The notes: generated by a model from the letters alone, not told the origin. DNA of 63,737 nucleotides, filler included, from Reticulomyxa filosa (GCA_000512085.1; 19 parts of 19 records of this genome joined end to end with filler, not necessarily neighbours in it), one strand, 5' to 3'; counted from the whole stretch's first letter, positions 39,681-53,909 are shown. Program-made: numbers and translations.

Positions 39681-40705
39681 ATTGATACAAGCTTTGATCT
39701 TCTTGGCCACGCACAAGGAGTATTATAAATATTTTCGGCGTCCCCACTTTTGGGCTGTTTTCTCACTTTTACCACCTACTGTGACGTTCCCTTTCTTTTC
39801 AAACTGTAGCTTCAGTAGTATTGTTTTTAAATACTATACCGATAAGTTTTTTTTCACACAGTATCCAATCTCAAAAATAAAGAACAATTTTTTAAAAGAG
39901 GCTTTGCTTGAAATTTTATTGTCAAGCGTTCGATCCTTAGTATCAAAATTTCATGTTTGAAAGGTTGTTGTTTTGCCTTTTTGTTCAATCCCTCAATGTA
40001 ATCAATCTTAATGCTCTAGGTTCCTTTGTAACAAGTATCTCTTTACTCATTTAAGATGATCAGGTGATATAAAGACCTGCAAATATGTATTTCGATTGCA
40101 TTGATAATTGGGCTAGTTATCTTTTAGTCAATATTAAACGTTATGTGATTTTTACAAGGCTTCATACAACATTAAAAATGTTAGTGTTTACAAAATGAAA
40201 GCTTCTTGTGCGTTTGCTTTAATATTTTAGAAAAATGAAAAGGGGTGGATTTCAGAATTTTTTGAAAGATATTAAAGTGATAACCATTTGCTATATTCTT
40301 TTTACATTTCCAAAGATTGTGAGAGAATGTTGCCGTTTGCTCACTGTAATGCCAAGTATTGTGATAACATTTCAATCTTTCCACTTTTATTTTTTTTTTG
40401 GCTCTTGTCTCGTTGGAATGAATCCGAGTTGACCGGGAATTGATCGTCAGATGAAAAGAGTTGGACTGAAAGTTATAGTGACGAAATGTAAGAAAAGACG
40501 AGCAATGAGATGGATCCAACATCAAAATGCAAGTGAAAAACAAAAGTCAAAGACGAAATCAAAAATCAAAAAGTAAAACGAAAGTAAAAATAAAAAGTGA
40601 TACATTGGAGAAGTGGGATAAGCAAATGAGAGAGAAGAAGAAAAAGGAAGAGCTAGGAGGATTTGAGCAGAAGCAGCGGCTATGGAACAAAGACTGTGCA
40701 AGGAC

Positions 40706-40745
<40 letters not shown>

Positions 40746-40845
40746 NNNNNNNNNNNNNNNNNNNNNNNNNNNNNNNNNNNNNNNNNNNNTTAATTAATTA
40801 ANNNNNNNNNNNNNNNNNNNNNNNNNNNNNNNNNNNNNNNNNNNN

Positions 40846-41209
40846 TTGCTTTTAACACTGCTTGTGTGCTCGACGCAAAGTAAATTTCGTATGATTCGTC
40901 CATCCCATACGTCAGGTCGTCTTCATTATCGCTTGCCACTTCTATCACCAGCTCCGATACTTGCGCCACATTGTTCGGTGGACTCGATTCTGGATTATGC
41001 GGAAATGTTATGTACGTATATCGGTTGATCGCCTTCGATATTATACTGCTACTGCTTTGTGTCACAAATGCAACTCGTTCGCCTGCGAGCGTCGGGGTGT
41101 CTGACACTTGATAGCTGCTTGGCAATGGCCAAATCAAAGGATCTGATGCCACATTTGTCACCCAATACAAAAACAGCCATTCCAACAGACAAACCAACTT
41201 TGTCGCCAT
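40846..41209 (-). CDS. Beta-N-acetylhexosaminidase (GH20), N-terminal domain with signal peptide
   Basis: Hydrophobic leader, IWPLP, AINRY, GMDESYEI. Confidence 0.88.
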
Positions 41210-41587
41210 TCCAAAGCTAAATTTGAAAAATTATGACTAGCTTTTTTTTTAAAAAGTAAACTTGAACTGAGGAAACAGTGCCCCCCCCACGTAAAAGAGT
41301 AATTCTATTAAACACATCTTTTTTTTTTTTAAGAAAAAACACAAATTATCGCCATCTTTATGCCAAGATTGGTCTTATTTAATGTCCAAGTTTTCTAATT
41401 TTGACATACCGTCCTGCTACAAACTTATGTCCACTTCATGTTTAAAAAAAAAAGACATATTTTATCATCTTTTTTAAAAAGTTTTAAACCTTTGACGTGC
41501 ACATTCCCCGTTGAACCCTCAGATTTTGTGTACAAAGGGAGCAAGTTTTGTGAAAAACCAACCCCAAAGACATTGTCGCTTTCAAAT

Positions 41588-42348
41588 ATGAACAAAAAGG
41601 AATTGCTTTTAAATGCTGTCATAATACAAAATAACGACCGTGAATTGTCACCAACTGACGACAGTGAACGGTCACAAACCGACGACCGTGAAGTATCACA
41701 AAACAGCGTGTATTCAGCAAACTCTATATTTTTTTTTTTATCTGGCTCGCGACGTTCTTGTAATTGTTGTCGTTCTAGTCGTTGTTGTCGTTATTGTTAT
41801 TTTTGCCAGTCTGTCATTGTCCTTTATATGTTAATTGATATAGCAATTGATTTCTATACTGTATTCAAAGCTCCAATAGTTTGTGGTTGGGTTCAAGCAG
41901 TGATATTGATTATTCAATTTCAATCGTTGATATTGTATATCTGCGCACTCGTTATCATTGACGATACAATTTTAGACGAAATAAGCGATAACAGAGTATC
42001 TAGTTTGCTAACAATGGAGTGTGTGACCACTATGTTGATAATCCTACCACCTTGGATAACAGGGCTGACATATGGTATTTGGTATTCCAAGTCCGATTCG
42101 TTGATACAATTTTTGATAAACCGTGTGGAGCCTCCACTTGATATTGTCCGGTACCTTCCTTGGATGTTGCACATTGCATTCGCAAGGACATTCTTCAGGA
42201 AATTTGGACAAGATTTATTCGATGTGGGAAGCCAATACAATATTCCATATCTTCAATCATCTTATAATGGCTCACCAGTTCTATTTGATGAAGAGGTGAC
42301 CAGCTATAATTTTCAAAAAAAATGGGAAAAGTTGATTGATAAATACAG
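41588..42348 (+). CDS. Hypothetical multi-pass membrane protein (3'-truncated)
   Basis: Long ORF with a Cys/Arg-rich stretch followed by 3-4 hydrophobic segments. Confidence 0.6.
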
Positions 42349-42605
42349 GTACAATACGTTCAATAAAATAAAAATAGCAATAATAATAATAATAATAATA
42401 ANNNNNNNNNNNNNNNNNNNNNNNNNNNNNNNNNNNNNNNNNNNNTTAATTAATTAANNNNNNNNNNNNNNNNNNNNNNNNNNNNNNNNNNNNNNNNNNN
42501 NAAAAAAAAAAAAAAAAGGGGAAAAAAAAAAAAAAAAAAAAAAAACAACTAAAAAAAATAGGAAATGACAATAACGAAGATGTGCTATTCCCATTGCCAA
42601 TAAAA

Positions 42606-45600
42606 ATGGATGCAGGACACGAGGATCAGAGCAATCCCCACGCAACATCGGGTGACGTACATGGGCATTATGCGAATAGTCATCTGTTGTTGATGGGGAG
42701 CGACAATAGAGCCGGCCATGGCATGCATGGCGCCGGTGATATGGGCGATGATGTAATGATGGCCATGATGGGTCCTTCCACTCATCCTGCCCCTGCTGAA
42801 GAGGAAATTGAAGAAGGAGACGTTCTCATGCCGTTACAAGTGGAACCTACCACTGCGGATGAATCTTCAACCCAATCACATTTACAGGCACAATTACAAT
42901 CACAAAAGCAAACGCAAACACAGATACAGACACAAACACAGCCACAATTGCATTCACATGACCTTCATTCTCATCTCAATAATCATCAAAGCATTGACAC
43001 GAACTCTTCATTTCCAGGTGGTGATGTGCAACTGAAAAATCGACAGATGGAGTGGACAACTCCCCATGCCAACACCTCTGCTTCCTCCAATTCCATTACC
43101 GCGGGTTATTCAGCTTCTACCAATGATATCAATCACTCGGTTCAAACGGATATCGATCGACCATTAACACATATTTCCTCCAGTTTGTGCTCTTTCTAAA
43201 CTGCCGTCCTTGCACAAACTTGCAAATACCAAAAAATTCCCTCCCCTCATACATATATGTATATATCTTCTTCTCTGCGGAACGTCACATGGCAAAATGA
43301 ACTTTTTTTTTTTTTTTTTTTTTTTGTTATGAGATAATACAATTGTACATTAAACGTGTGTGTTTGGTCCGCTTTTGATTGGAAAAAAGGGGTTAGTTAT
43401 TGTTTTGCTGGAGATGGGACAAACATTAAACAAACACACACACACACACACCAAAAAAAAGGTCATTATGTTGAAAGACAAAAACAAAATGAAACGAATG
43501 TATCCTCTGGACAAGAGGCAGAAGAAGAATTGGAAGAAGGAACTGTTTTGGGTCTGTTTTTGTTTTTGTATTTTTTTAAGAACAATATTGAAAGAAAAGA
43601 GATGTATTGCATGATGACGACAGCAGATGCGAGAATAAAGGATACAACGCGAAACGGAGAAGGAGACATGGATATGACAGAGAATCAAACAAATTTGAAT
43701 AGTAATACAAGTACAACAACGAATATAAATATGAATATGAATATGAGAGAGAACAGTGAGAATGATGGGATGAATAGAGACATGAACATAGACACAGCGG
43801 AAGACGGGCAAGTGGATATCAGTCGGTTAAGTGAATGGACAACGAATGACATAATCACATACCTGTCGTCGCGATGTGCAAAATTTGGTCATTTGTATAT
43901 TGACATTTGCAAAGAGAAAAAACTGACAGGGGCCATGTTACAACAAATGTCCGAAGAGAGATTGCAAACCGAGTTGAACATGATCAATCCATTGCATCGC
44001 CAAAGAATGTTAAGGGATACTATGGACAGTCGTCGCACTATCGAACAAATCCAACAAATTCATGAACAGTTTTTTTTTTACACTTTTTTTAAAATTGATT
44101 AGTAAATAAACATATAAATAAATACATACATTATATGTATGTATTTATTTATAAATATAAGGACAACTCAAGATGGAGGCACGGTGACCAGTCGATTTCT
44201 GCGATTAACGGCAGCTGATGTGTATGCGTTTTTACTCGCTCTGCAAGGAAAGCAACTCGATATGGATTTGAAGGATATCATTGTGCCCTTGATGCATTTG
44301 CAACTCAATGGGGAGCATTTTATGAATTTAAATGAACCTTATTTACGCGAACAGGCCAAAATGCAAATGCCACAAATCATCAAGGTACTCACTTTGGTGA
44401 GTTGGATTCAAAGTGGCTATGACTATGACAGCTTGAAGCAAGTGCTGAAAGAAAAGGATGATATACTCAAAGAGAAAGAACGAGAGAAAGAGAAAGAAAA
44501 AGATAAGGACAAAGACAAGAAAAACAAACGAAGCAGTAGCAAGACAAATCCCAGTTTAAATGACGACGCGTTGGATCGATTGGAAGTGCTCACATTGATC
44601 GAACACATTTGGTGCAAAGAACGAAAAAGTCCACCTACTGAGCCTTGCTATCATTTGTTGCCACAACATTTATTTGACGTTCGAAAGACCAGAGGAGGTT
44701 TGTTATTCAGTCTTTAAGATCTCCAAAAAGAGTAGAATATATAATTTGTTCTTTTCTTACATATTTTTGTACATATGTATACAGCGGTTGTAGTGCCAAA
44801 GGGTCCAAATAAACCCGTGTTGGAATGGGATAACAACGATTGCTTGCAATGGTTGGAAACGATGAAGGCCAATGACAAGCTCGTGCGATCATTTCGAGAG
44901 ACCAAGGTGACCGGAAAAGATATCCTCAATATCACACAATGGTCTTTGGAAAATGTCTTTGGCATCAGTCATAAGTCACACATTAAATTGATTGTGCAAG
45001 GAGTTGATAAATTAAGGTATCATTAAACAAATTTTTTTTTTTTTTTCTTTTTTAAATAAAATCAAATATTTTTTGTTTGTTTATTTGTTTTGTTAAAGTG
45101 CAGCAAAAAAAAAAAAAAAAAAAATAAGAGATCAATTGATGAAAGATACACTGTTGAAAGCAAATCACGTCCAAGAATATCTGAATAGAACGCCACGAAG
45201 ACCCCGCAAAAAATCAAAGGACGTGGATGCTTCTGCTCCGCGTGGAGATAGTGTCGCGAATAATGCCACAGACAATGGGTCTCGCAAGCACAAGCCACGA
45301 AAAAAGTCAGTGCAAAAGCCCGTGGACCAAAAAGAAGACACTCAAGTCTCAACACAGCCGATCAATTTACCGTCAACACCACACCAATCAACTGCCCCAC
45401 AGCAGCCGGTAACATCACAGCCGCAACAATTAACACAACAACAGCAACAACAACAACAGATAATGCAAACTACACAGCCAATGCAGGGAACACCACAATC
45501 GACACAACCCACACCCGCAAACTCAATGACGACATATTCGAATTATGGTTACCATGGCTATCATGCCCCAAGCACTCAGTCGCAGTATCCCTATTATTCT

Positions 45601-45970
45601 GGACCACAGCCATACCCTGCCATGAACATTACTCCCGCCTATGGACAACCCAACGGCAATGTCAATGGAACCAAATCCGAGTTGACACAAATTGTTCCAT
45701 TGTGCAGCTGCTGTGGCAAAAATGGAGAAGTCATGAGATGCTCACAGTGCAAACAAGCCTTTTATTGCTCCAGAGAGTGTCAAGTTTTGTTTTGTTTTTT
45801 CTTTCGTAATAAACAAATATATATACAATACCATGAAATATGTTATATCATGGTTAACCATTCGTTTGACGCTTGTCACAATGATGTGGAAACAGCTCTC
45901 TGATTGGAAAAAACATCAAAAATCTTGTCGCCCTCTGGCGAAGAAACGAGTAACTCCAATGGGTTTGTAG
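42606..45970 (+). CDS. Protein with three SAM domains, Gln-rich linkers and a C-terminal MYND zinc finger
   Basis: SAM-like: EWTTNDIITYL...LTGAMLQQMSEERLQTELNMINPLHRQRML; LTAADVYAFL...LNGEHFMNL; EWDNNDCLQWL...VTGKDILNI...FGISHKSH. MYND: CSCC...RCSQCKQAFYCSRECQ|LSDWKKHQKSC. Confidence 0.85.
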
Positions 45971-46567
45971 GGTACTGGAGTGATCTTTTCAAAAGTACTT
46001 GGTTGTAGTTGATTGTAATACCATAAAGGGGGGAAAAACAAACCTCGAAGGAAATATCAACCCTTGCGGCAAGAAGCATTAAAAAAATGATTGGGATTTG
46101 TTTCCCTCATTCCTCCCCTTTCATTGAGCCTAGTGAAAGTTTAAAGGAAAAACCAACAAAGCTATATATTCCAACTATAAATTTTTTCTGCTGTTATTCG
46201 CTTTAAGGCGTATTTTCTTTCTTAATACTGGCCAAAAATGACACTTTAATAGTGTTGAACATTTGGAACTGATTTGAACGTTGATTAAATTATTATTTCC
46301 TATTTCTCTCATTCTTAGCGTTGTCATGCAACAGTTTTTTGGTAAAAATTGACAGAGATAGTCAACCACTATGGTGTTTTAAGGTTCGTGTGCCGTGTGA
46401 CAGAAATAAAACTTGGCTTTTTATTATTCAAGAAAACATATTTAAATGATGGTTATATTGTCTTTTGGCACTAAGACAAATTATTGCAATTATAAAAAAA
46501 ATCTTTGTTGTGAAAGTCACAAATACATTTTATTTCTATTATTAAAAATTGTGTCGTTTGTTGGATC

Positions 46568-47830
46568 TCAAGTAGCATCGAAATCATTATCACTTTTGTT
46601 AGAAGTGTTATTACATTTATCCGTTGTGCTGTTATCCATCAACAACGAATGTCTATTTTCGTCTGTGTAATTCTTTTTGTTTAACCATTTTAAGGGTTTG
46701 TTAACAGTACTAATCTTGGTTAAAAGATTATGCCCAATTCCATTGTTTTCTTCAGCTGATTTTTCGTACAAGTCGTGATCATTTGTATCTGAAAACCGTT
46801 GATAATCTGTTTTTATATTTATTCATTAATGATAGTATATTTCAGGATGGTTTACAGAAATACACTATGTTATATGATCAACAATTAGTTTGTGTGTGAG
46901 ACAAACTTTCTTCAGTCTTGGAATCCTCATCAGCATTGGAAGGATGTGATGTGTAGTGATCGACTTGTTCTTCTTCTCTTTGTTGTAGCAATGGATCTTG
47001 ATGCAACTGATGGCGATGAGCGGTGTAATCTCCATTATCTTTTTGGTCGTGTTCATGTTTTTCTTCCAAATCAGTGGAATGGAACGGATGGCTATTTCGA
47101 GAGTCATAGTTGGATGGACGATGATCATTATCGTGGAATATTCGATTATTCGAAAAGGATTGCTGGAGGTTGCTCTCCTCAGCATCGGCATCAACAACAC
47201 CGACTCCATCTCCAGCGTCGGCTCCAGCTTCCGCCAAGTTCAATACATGATCAACATCTAACAGATCACTGTCATTGTGCTCTTGCATTTGAATCGAGCG
47301 TCTTTCATTTCGGCGTTGTCGACGACGTTCCATTGCGCCATAACGAGTAGGAGATCCACAATGAACTACCGCCAATACTATCCCTATCCAATATCCAACA
47401 GCAAAAGCTCGCATATATGTAATATGTATATATATTACAAAAAAGTGAGATTTAGAGGGAAAAAAAAAAAAAAAGGCAAAACAAAACCCAAAAGCATCGA
47501 GGCATTAATGGCCAACATGCCGGCATGCAAGTTGTTACGTGACTTGACAGTCATGACGTGTGTGGTTTGTTTGGTGTAGTACTCGGTGTCATTGCTGATG
47601 ATGCTTTCAAACACAAACGAGCTCCAATTCAACACGCATGCGCAGAGCAGAGTAATGCTGCAAGCAATGAGCTTGGTCGTCCACTTGCGCTTTTCCACTT
47701 CGCTATCATTCCACCGATCGAACCAAGGATGTGTCGAGCCAATGCAGCCCATTGAGATTAGCAACAATATCGCTACTGCTATTATAAACACTATTGACAA
47801 TTGTCGAGCCGTATTTGCAGATGGAGCTAT
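46568..47830 (-). CDS. Hypothetical multi-pass (tetraspan-like) membrane protein with long hydrophilic C-terminal tail (5'-truncated)
   Basis: Exon-like ORFs 47435-47800, 46878-47414 and 46568-46771; three hydrophobic helices, then a D/H/E-rich tail. Confidence 0.55.
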
Positions 47831-47942
47831 TTTTTTATTTTTNNNNNNNNNNNNNNNNNNNNNNNNNNNNNNNNNNNNNNNNNNNNTTAATTAATTAANN
47901 NNNNNNNNNNNNNNNNNNNNNNNNNNNNNNNNNNNNNNNNNN

Positions 47943-47983
<41 letters not shown>

Positions 47984-48072
47984 CCATGTTGGTCCCCCCC
48001 CCCCCTTTTTCTATCTTTTTTTATTATTTTTTTTATTTTATTTGTCCCTTTTCTTTCTCAAACAAATCTTAC

Positions 48073-48490
48073 CTTGAGTCAACGACTGCAAGAATACAGA
48101 TTTCTTATGCCCCCCCATAAGCATAATCAGAAATTGAAAGAATAAAAACATGGCGTACACTTGATAACACACGGCCACAAAATTCATGGAATACATAAAG
48201 GATGGACAGAACAATATCACAATTTTGCATGTGCTCAGCACCACTGGGAAACAACACACCTTAATCCCTATTCGAAATGCTTTTGCAATAAATATATCTT
48301 TGTTGCGTCTTCGAAACTCCATCCCGTCTTCCCACAAACGAAAAATATGCGGCAACAGTACACTCAGTACTGTCAACCAACACACCAAGCCGAGGCCCCA
48401 AAACCAATAATAAATACTTGGGGCATTTCCTTTCACGACATGATATATAAAGCCCGGTGGTAACTCACTGCAAGTTTTGTTTTCACCCAT
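48073..48490 (-). CDS. TMEM184/organic solute transporter alpha family, first exon
   Basis: HIFR...FPVVLSTCKIVILFCP...CYQVYAMFLFFQFLIMLMGG fits the OST-alpha/TMEM184 N-terminal pattern; donor AAG|GTAAG. Confidence 0.7.
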
Positions 48491-48830
48491 TGCTATAGGA
48501 ACGTGGATTTTGTAACCGTGGCCGTACCCTGTACAAAAATTAATTTTGTATCGTTTTTCTTTGTTGTTGGATTTTTGAACAAAGCAAGAGATTGAAGCTT
48601 TTCAATTAGAAAAGGATTATTCGACCAATTTCAAAGTTGCAAAATTTAGTGAATGTTTTTATTGAGTGATGTAAAAGCAAAAATGACCTTTTGAATGTCA
48701 ACAAATGATAAAGTTCAAATATGTTTTTTTGTCCGACAGTTTAAAAAAAAGGGTGCAGGTATAAAAGTATTTTTCTATTTTTTTGATCCCTTGAATCAAA
48801 TAATCTCGGTTTATTCCGAGTCAAGATCTA

Positions 48831-49325
48831 ATGGAAGCATCTAGTGGTGGAGAACAATTACAGACTACCAATGAAACGAAATTGGTGGAGAAAAACGAAT
48901 TATCAGCTACGAAAGAAGCAGGGGCTGAACCTGACAAAAACTTGTTATCAGCTCCAGTGGAGGAATCAGGGAAAGATGAAGTGAGTTTTTCGAGTTCGTA
49001 TGATCCAATGTTAATGGAAGAAGAAAAGCAACCTACCTCAGCGGATCAAGAGGCGGACATAGTACTGCCGCCAAAGGAGTCAACCTACGGGAATAAAAAG
49101 CTTGAAGATGACGATGAAAGCCCAACGGCATCACCAGCGCCGCAAATATCCAATGGTCCCGTTGCTGGCAACAATTATTCATTGACAGTGCGAACAGTTT
49201 CAAACGATGGACCCAGCAGGGATGTACCTGTAAGAGAAAAGATCAACCTGTTATCGCCAGCTTTGCCTTCGCCAGGGGCTATGCCAAATGAAACGTTGAT
49301 GTTGTCAAGACAATCTGTGGAGCAC
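48831..49325 (+). CDS. Hypothetical protein, acidic disordered first exon, divergent from the TMEM184-like gene
   Basis: 165 codons ending at CAC|GTAAGT. Confidence 0.65.
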
Positions 49326-49465
49326 GTAAGTTTGTTTTTTTTTTTAATAGTCCCCTTTCATCCTCCCCCCCTTTTTTTTTTTTTTTTTAAATGTAGAGTG
49401 ACGAAATATACTTTTTTTTTTTTTTTTTTTTAATAAACAAATAAAAATTCACATATGATTACTCC

Positions 49466-49503
<38 letters not shown>

Positions 49504-49603
49504 NNNNNNNNNNNNNNNNNNNNNNNNNNNNNNNNNNNNNNNNNNNNTTAATTAATTAANNNNNNNNNNNNNNNNNNNNNNNNNNNNNNNNNNNNNNNNN
49601 NNN

Positions 49604-50170
49604 GAAGTTGAATTTGAGATTGGGGTTGATTTTGATTTTGATTTTGATTTTGATTTTGAGATTGAGATTGAGATTGAGACAAAGGAGATTGAAGTTGCTG
49701 CAATTGAGGTTGGGGTTGAGGTTGAAGATGCTGATGAGAATATAAGTGAGAAGGACGAAGATAGTTGCTTTGTGGTCCAGAATGACGTCTCGGTGAGTAA
49801 TGTATTGTTCCATATTTTGCTAATGCGCTATCTTCATGCATGCCATCGGCTACACTTGTCTTGCTGTCTGGCGTTGTTGTGCGGCTTTGATCTTTTGGAT
49901 TGGTTGCCATATTGGTTGTCATTGGGGCCACTGATTGCGCTCGAGGGGATTTTTTCACACTTATATTGCTTGTCTTCTTCCATGCTTGCTTCGAACCCAT
50001 TTGCGAACTACTCTCTCGCTCTTCTTCTCCGTTTTCGTCTGTCTCATTATTCTCCTCACGTCCTTTTCTTGACTTTAACGTCCGCTGCGGGGGAGAGGCA
50101 CGCGAGCCACTCGACGGAGACATCATTGACGCTGCCAAGTCCTCCTTCGTTCGAATTATTCGTATCGAGC
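49604..50170 (-). CDS. Hypothetical low-complexity Ser/Gln-rich protein, internal exon
   Basis: Open frame with QPQ/QSQ/QNQ hexanucleotide repeats. Confidence 0.55.
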
Positions 50171-50176
50171 TATTTT

Positions 50177-50217
<41 letters not shown>

Positions 50218-50726
50218 TTGGAGTCAAAACCATTTTTTGTTGTGTGCTTATGTTTTTCTTCTTTTGTCTTTGGCTGCTTCCCCTTTTTTTTTTCCCCCCC
50301 GTCCCCCCCTTCTTCTTGTGCTACCGCGAATTGCAATCGACGCTAATGAAGAAAAAGAGGGGAAAAAATACACACAAAATAGTGAATAATGACACAACTG
50401 ATGACATTGTATTCTTGACACTTTTTAAAACTATATATTGATCACGTTTGATTTTTAAAAAAGATTGAAAGGTGCTACCCTTTTCAAAAACAAACGAAAA
50501 CAGCCCAACAACAGAAAAATTTGTGTTAAACCGCTTTCATTTTGTAGTTGTTATGCAAAATGCTGATCGAGAGCGTGCCTTAAACAAAAACTGAATTGTG
50601 TTTAGAGATATAATCAACGGAGAGCGCACGAGATTGCATCTTTATCATTTTTTTTTCCTAATAAAAAAAGAGGAACGTTGCAATTAGTTCAAAAGTATTT
50701 TCTCTTCGAACATAAACAAGGAATAA

Positions 50727-51335
50727 ATGGCTCAATCTTTAATGTATATTGGATTTTGTTCTGCTTGTGGAGCAGAAGCATATTTTGTTGGCGGGAGTTC
50801 ATTAGAGTGGAAAGGAGACAAAGGTAGATACGAAACATGTGTACACAAAATGATCCAAGGAAGAAAAACAGAACCAAATAAGGGATTTCCTAGTGAGAAT
50901 GAGGCCAAGTATCGCAAATGTTTAACATATTTGCAACAAAAAAGCGAGGGCTATTTGAAAGATTTTGAAGCTCGAAAGTCAAGTTAATGGAATAAAAAGA
51001 GCGTGACCAAGAAAAGGGGAGGAGGACAAAAAAAAGGGGGGAGGGGTAAAAAAAAAAAAAAGGAGGAGGCACATATACAAAATATCATCGTCACACAGAC
51101 AAATTGTTGTGTGATTAGAATTACAATACGATTTGAAGGAGGAAATCGAAAAGCAATTTTATACATTGGAAACTCTGTTGGAAGAGAGAAAGGTGAAATT
51201 GCTGAAATTAGCAAATGACAAAATCGAAGAAAGAACCGGCGCAATAAACGAAACAGCCCAAGTTTTGAATCAATTTTGGGAGAAATGTGACTCTGCAATC
51301 AACGAAATTCTGGGATTGATTCAAACGTAATAATT

Positions 51336-51381
<46 letters not shown>

Positions 51382-52068
51382 AATTATTAGTTTTTGAATT
51401 AATTGTCAAAAAACCAATAATCGAAAGATCTGTTTTGTATATATGTGTGTGGGAAAAAATGGTAATAGCGAAGGAGAAACGCCAACCCGAGAAGAAAAAT
51501 GCTTGAACATAGCTCGTAAGACAGCATTGTCCATTCCGACAATCTATGACATTTCTTGCGACATGAGTTTTGAGCCGAAGGATATTCCTCGAGTGCAGAC
51601 ACTTATCAATGGGTGCGGCAACATTCGATCCGACGACTTGAATGACAAGAAGAAAATTACAGACTTCCATTGGAGGCCACAAGACGATAGCTGGATATCC
51701 GACCAGATCGAAGCCTCCTCCAATGTGGTGACCTCTCCTATAACTGAACGTACTGAACGAACTGAACGAACTGAACGAATTGAGCGAACCCCTGAACGAA
51801 CTGAGCGAACCCCTGAACGAACTGAGCGAACCCCTGAAAGAACTGAACGGGCCCCTGAACGAACTGAACGGGCCCCTGAACGAACTGAACGCATTAGATC
51901 TCCTGTCCCTGAACGTGAACGTACTCCCGAACGCTCTGGACGTGACATTCCTGAGCGCACTACTTCTGCTTCTCCTGCTGTCGAGAGACCCAAACCCGAA
52001 GTTTTGGAACGTCAGATCAAGCCATTGAGAGACCTCGACAGTCCAAAGGAGGAGATCATCGTCAAAGA
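50727..52068 (+). CDS. Hypothetical protein: Cys-containing N-terminus, coiled coil, ERT(P) repeats (3'-truncated)
   Basis: Exons ~50727-50980, ~51119-51326, ~51468-52068; IEKQFYTLETLLEERKVKLL resembles TRIM-type coiled coils. Confidence 0.65.
51743..51960 (+). repeat. Coding minisatellite, 9-bp and 21-bp units encoding ERT / ERTERTP
   Basis: (gaacgaact)n and (gaacgaactgagcgaacccct)n. Confidence 0.9.
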
Positions 52069-52099
52069 GTTTATATCATATACATATATACATATATAC

Positions 52100-52134
<35 letters not shown>

Positions 52135-53286
52135 TATGTATATAATATATGCATGTATTATGTATACATTTATNNNNNNNNNNNNNNNNNNNNNNNNNNN
52201 NNNNNNNNNNNNNNNNNTTAATTAATTAANNNNNNNNNNNNNNNNNNNNNNNNNNNNNNNNNNNNNNNNNNNNTTTTTTTTTTTTTATTAAAAAAAAAAA
52301 AAACAATCGGCATAATAATACTCGAAACTGGAAAGAGACGATTGCATCTCTTGTTTTTGACGTTTTTCTTTACTTTTTTTTTTTCTGTTCCGGACCCATT
52401 GCTGGTCGTCACGTTCACTGTTGGACTATTGACTGTTTCTGATGCTACGCATATTCACACACATACACCACACTTACTTCAAATCTGTTGTATGTATGTA
52501 TGTGTGTACTATTCCTTTATTTTTTGTTTGTTACCTCACTACTTTCTTTATAATAAAAAAGAAAAGAAAAGAAAAGAATAATGTGTCGACATTTTGTTGC
52601 TGTTGACGCTGGTGTTGGTCCTGTTGTTGGTGTTGTGGGCGTTGGTGTGGTTTGATTCTTGTTGATTTTCCCTTTCAATTTTTGCAAAAAGCGATTTGTC
52701 TGTTCAAACCAAAGTCCTTTGTTTCAACACCCCTTTTTTCCAATCCCAAAACACAAAGCATACCCCTTGCATGTTTTTAGTTTATTTGATTGTATTGAGC
52801 TTAGATAATTTTATGAAAATGCAATATTTCACTACGAATTTATAAAATGAGATAGATTATCCGTTCAAATACTTGAACAAATACCAAACACAATTACATC
52901 AATGGTTTTTCAAATGATGTAGCAAGACTTTTTTTTTTAACTCTCCTTTTTTTTTTTGTACACGGAACTTTACTAACTTCATTTGTTGAGCTAAAGAAAC
53001 TGGATAATCCGCTTTTTTAGCTTTTTAGTTCAAAGCATTTGCTCGTGGATCTTTAAAATCAAAATAGAGAAGAAAAAAAAAGGAGAATTTTCAAATTCGC
53101 AAGCTGCAGAGTTCTATCAGAAAGAAAGTTATAAGTTTGGTACAGACTTTCTTGCCCATGGAAGTGCAAAAGCTTTATTATTGAAAACGGATAGAAAAAC
53201 CAAAATGCAAATTCAAGCAAACAAAAAAAAAAGTTGGATGGCTCAACCGACCCTTACAACAGCATCTTTCTGTTTTGTAGCTTCCA

Positions 53287-53766
53287 TCAACAACAAGTGG
53301 TTTTGCGTTCAACATTTTTCTTTGGAACTTGCAACAAAACACCATCGTTGGGTTGTGCCCCGCCGCTTGCCTCCCTGTTTAAAATAAACATGCACAGATA
53401 CGCATAGAAAGAGAGTGAGTGTGGGTATTGTATTTGTGTTTATCCAAAAAAAAAAAAAAAAATTCAATAAACCCACCCACAAATACATACAAAAAAAAAA
53501 AAAAAAAACGACCAAGAGGTCACATACTTGCCACAATGAGTTGTTTAGCCATTGTCAAAAAAGCACTTTCAACGTTGGTAGAATTTTTTGCAGAAGTTTC
53601 CAAGAAAGAAATGCCCAACTTGTCGGCAAAGGTTTGGGCTTCTTGGGAGAGCACTTTTTTCCCTTCTTGCAAGTCTGCTTTATTTCCGACCAATAATTTC
53701 AGTGTGGATTCTGACGCGTGTTTATTCACTTCATTTAGCCACTCTTCGACATGTTCGAACGATTCC
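53287..53766 (-). CDS. RAB1: Rab1-family GTPase, C-terminal half
   Basis: SFEHVEEWLNEVNKHASESTLKLLVGNKADL, FADKLGISFLETSAKNSTNVESAFLTMA; spliced last exon ends ...NVERKTTCC* (CC prenylation motif). Confidence 0.88.
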
Positions 53767-53909
53767 TTTTTTTTTTTTTTNNNNNNNNNNNNNNNNNNNN
53801 NNNNNNNNNNNNNNNNNNNNNNNNTTAATTAATTAANNNNNNNNNNNNNNNNNNNNNNNNNNNNNNNNNNNNNNNNNNNNAAAAAAAAAGAAAGGAGTTA
53901 ATATGAAAC

